A DNA stretch of 63,954 nucleotides, filler included, from Octopus bimaculoides (lineage: Eukaryota): the NCBI RefSeq assembly GCF_001194135.2. It is 6 parts of 5 records of this genome, joined end to end, with 100 filler letters (N's around TTAATTAATTAA, not from the genome) between each part and the next. Parts side by side here need not be neighbours in the genome. Positions count along the whole stretch, not along the records: positions 62,663 to 63,954 come from NC_068982.1; 5 more parts are not named here. One strand, 5' to 3'. This document shows, one piece after another, positions 62,996 through 63,954 of this stretch (position 1 is its first letter; every line of letters starts with the position of its first letter). A program made the translations under genes and the position numbers. Under the pieces are notes generated by a model. It saw only the letters and a list, made by a program, of their open reading frames with translations. It was not told the origin of the DNA and made no database searches.

Positions 62996-63954
62996 AGAAA
63001 CCGGTAGAAAGATTTAGAATTTTGTATGCATTTAACATGGTTGCGCTATATTCAGAGTCACTTTAATTAAATCTCAATGGTGCAATGGTATTTTTCACAC
63101 ACGTACACATAAATAACGATGTAATATGGACCACAGTTCAAAGCAAAAAACAGCATTCAAAAACTCATCACTTAAAAAAAATATATACACAAAACAAACT
63201 GGCTTTTCATTGATTTACGGCGCTGAAATTAACTTCTGTGCATTTCTCCCATATTAACAGCATTAGCAATACTATTCTACATACTGTTACCACTTCCCCC
63301 TCGTTCTAGAATGGACTCGGCAATGAACGAATAGAAAGATCTTTCCTGATTATAGCGTTTTTACTTTATAACACTAGACAGTTCTTATCTTCGCCTCTAA
63401 AGAGGCCATTCACGTGGAAAGAAAAATTAATCGGTTGCTCATTTAATCCGCAACGCTTTACTAAAGGATTGGTTTCTTTTCCCCTTTCCCTCTCTTGTAG
63501 ATGCTACAACACTTGACCAACAACGAAGTTCACAGCCGCCATTTTAATACTGTTTTGATCCCGGCCAATCCTTTAGAAGATTGAGAGTGCTGATATATAA
63601 TACATCGATGATAAATGAGAAATGATATTTCTCGCTCAGTATGAAACCAATAATCAAAAGATGCGGCCGACAATTTGTGTGTCTGTCGTCAACTTTTTGA
63701 GTTTGAATGAAATGTTTTTGAAACCAAGTTTCAAGATTGATAGTCGCAGTGGAAAGAAAGAAAGAAAGAAATAAGGAAAGAAAGAATATGCATAAATTGT
63801 GTGAAAAATAAAATGAATTATTCTGAGCACATTCAGAAATGAATACGCATAAAAGAAGGAAGGAAAAACGATATGTGTGTATGTATGCAAGCATTTATAC
63901 ATACATAGATACATACACACACACACATTTATATATATATATATATATATATAT

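Overview
Repeat-dominated, gap-rich animal genomic DNA, most consistent with an octopus/cephalopod assembly (inferred from the SINE families and the extreme microsatellite load; not database-confirmed). The only well-supported protein-coding sequence is the 3' end of a + strand gene: two phase-compatible exons (5173-5276, 6218-6574) encoding an LxxLL motif, two polyQ tracts and an acidic-hydrophobic C-terminus, as in a transcriptional co-activator (MED25 is a tentative candidate). The rest is intron/intergenic sequence packed with at least four tRNA-derived SINE families, RTE-clade LINE 3' ends with (GAT)n tails, three mariner copies plus MITEs, relics of Penelope-like, CRE-like, CR1/L2-group and Merlin elements, microsatellites and N gaps. 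Almost all long entries in the ORF track are N-gap or microsatellite artefacts. The most unusual signal is at 15383-15452: all conserved hammerhead ribozyme core nucleotides and all three stems are present, but the strands are in a non-circularly permuted (pseudoknotted) order. No CRISPR array, rRNA or bona fide tRNA gene was found. Edges of degenerate repeats are approximate.
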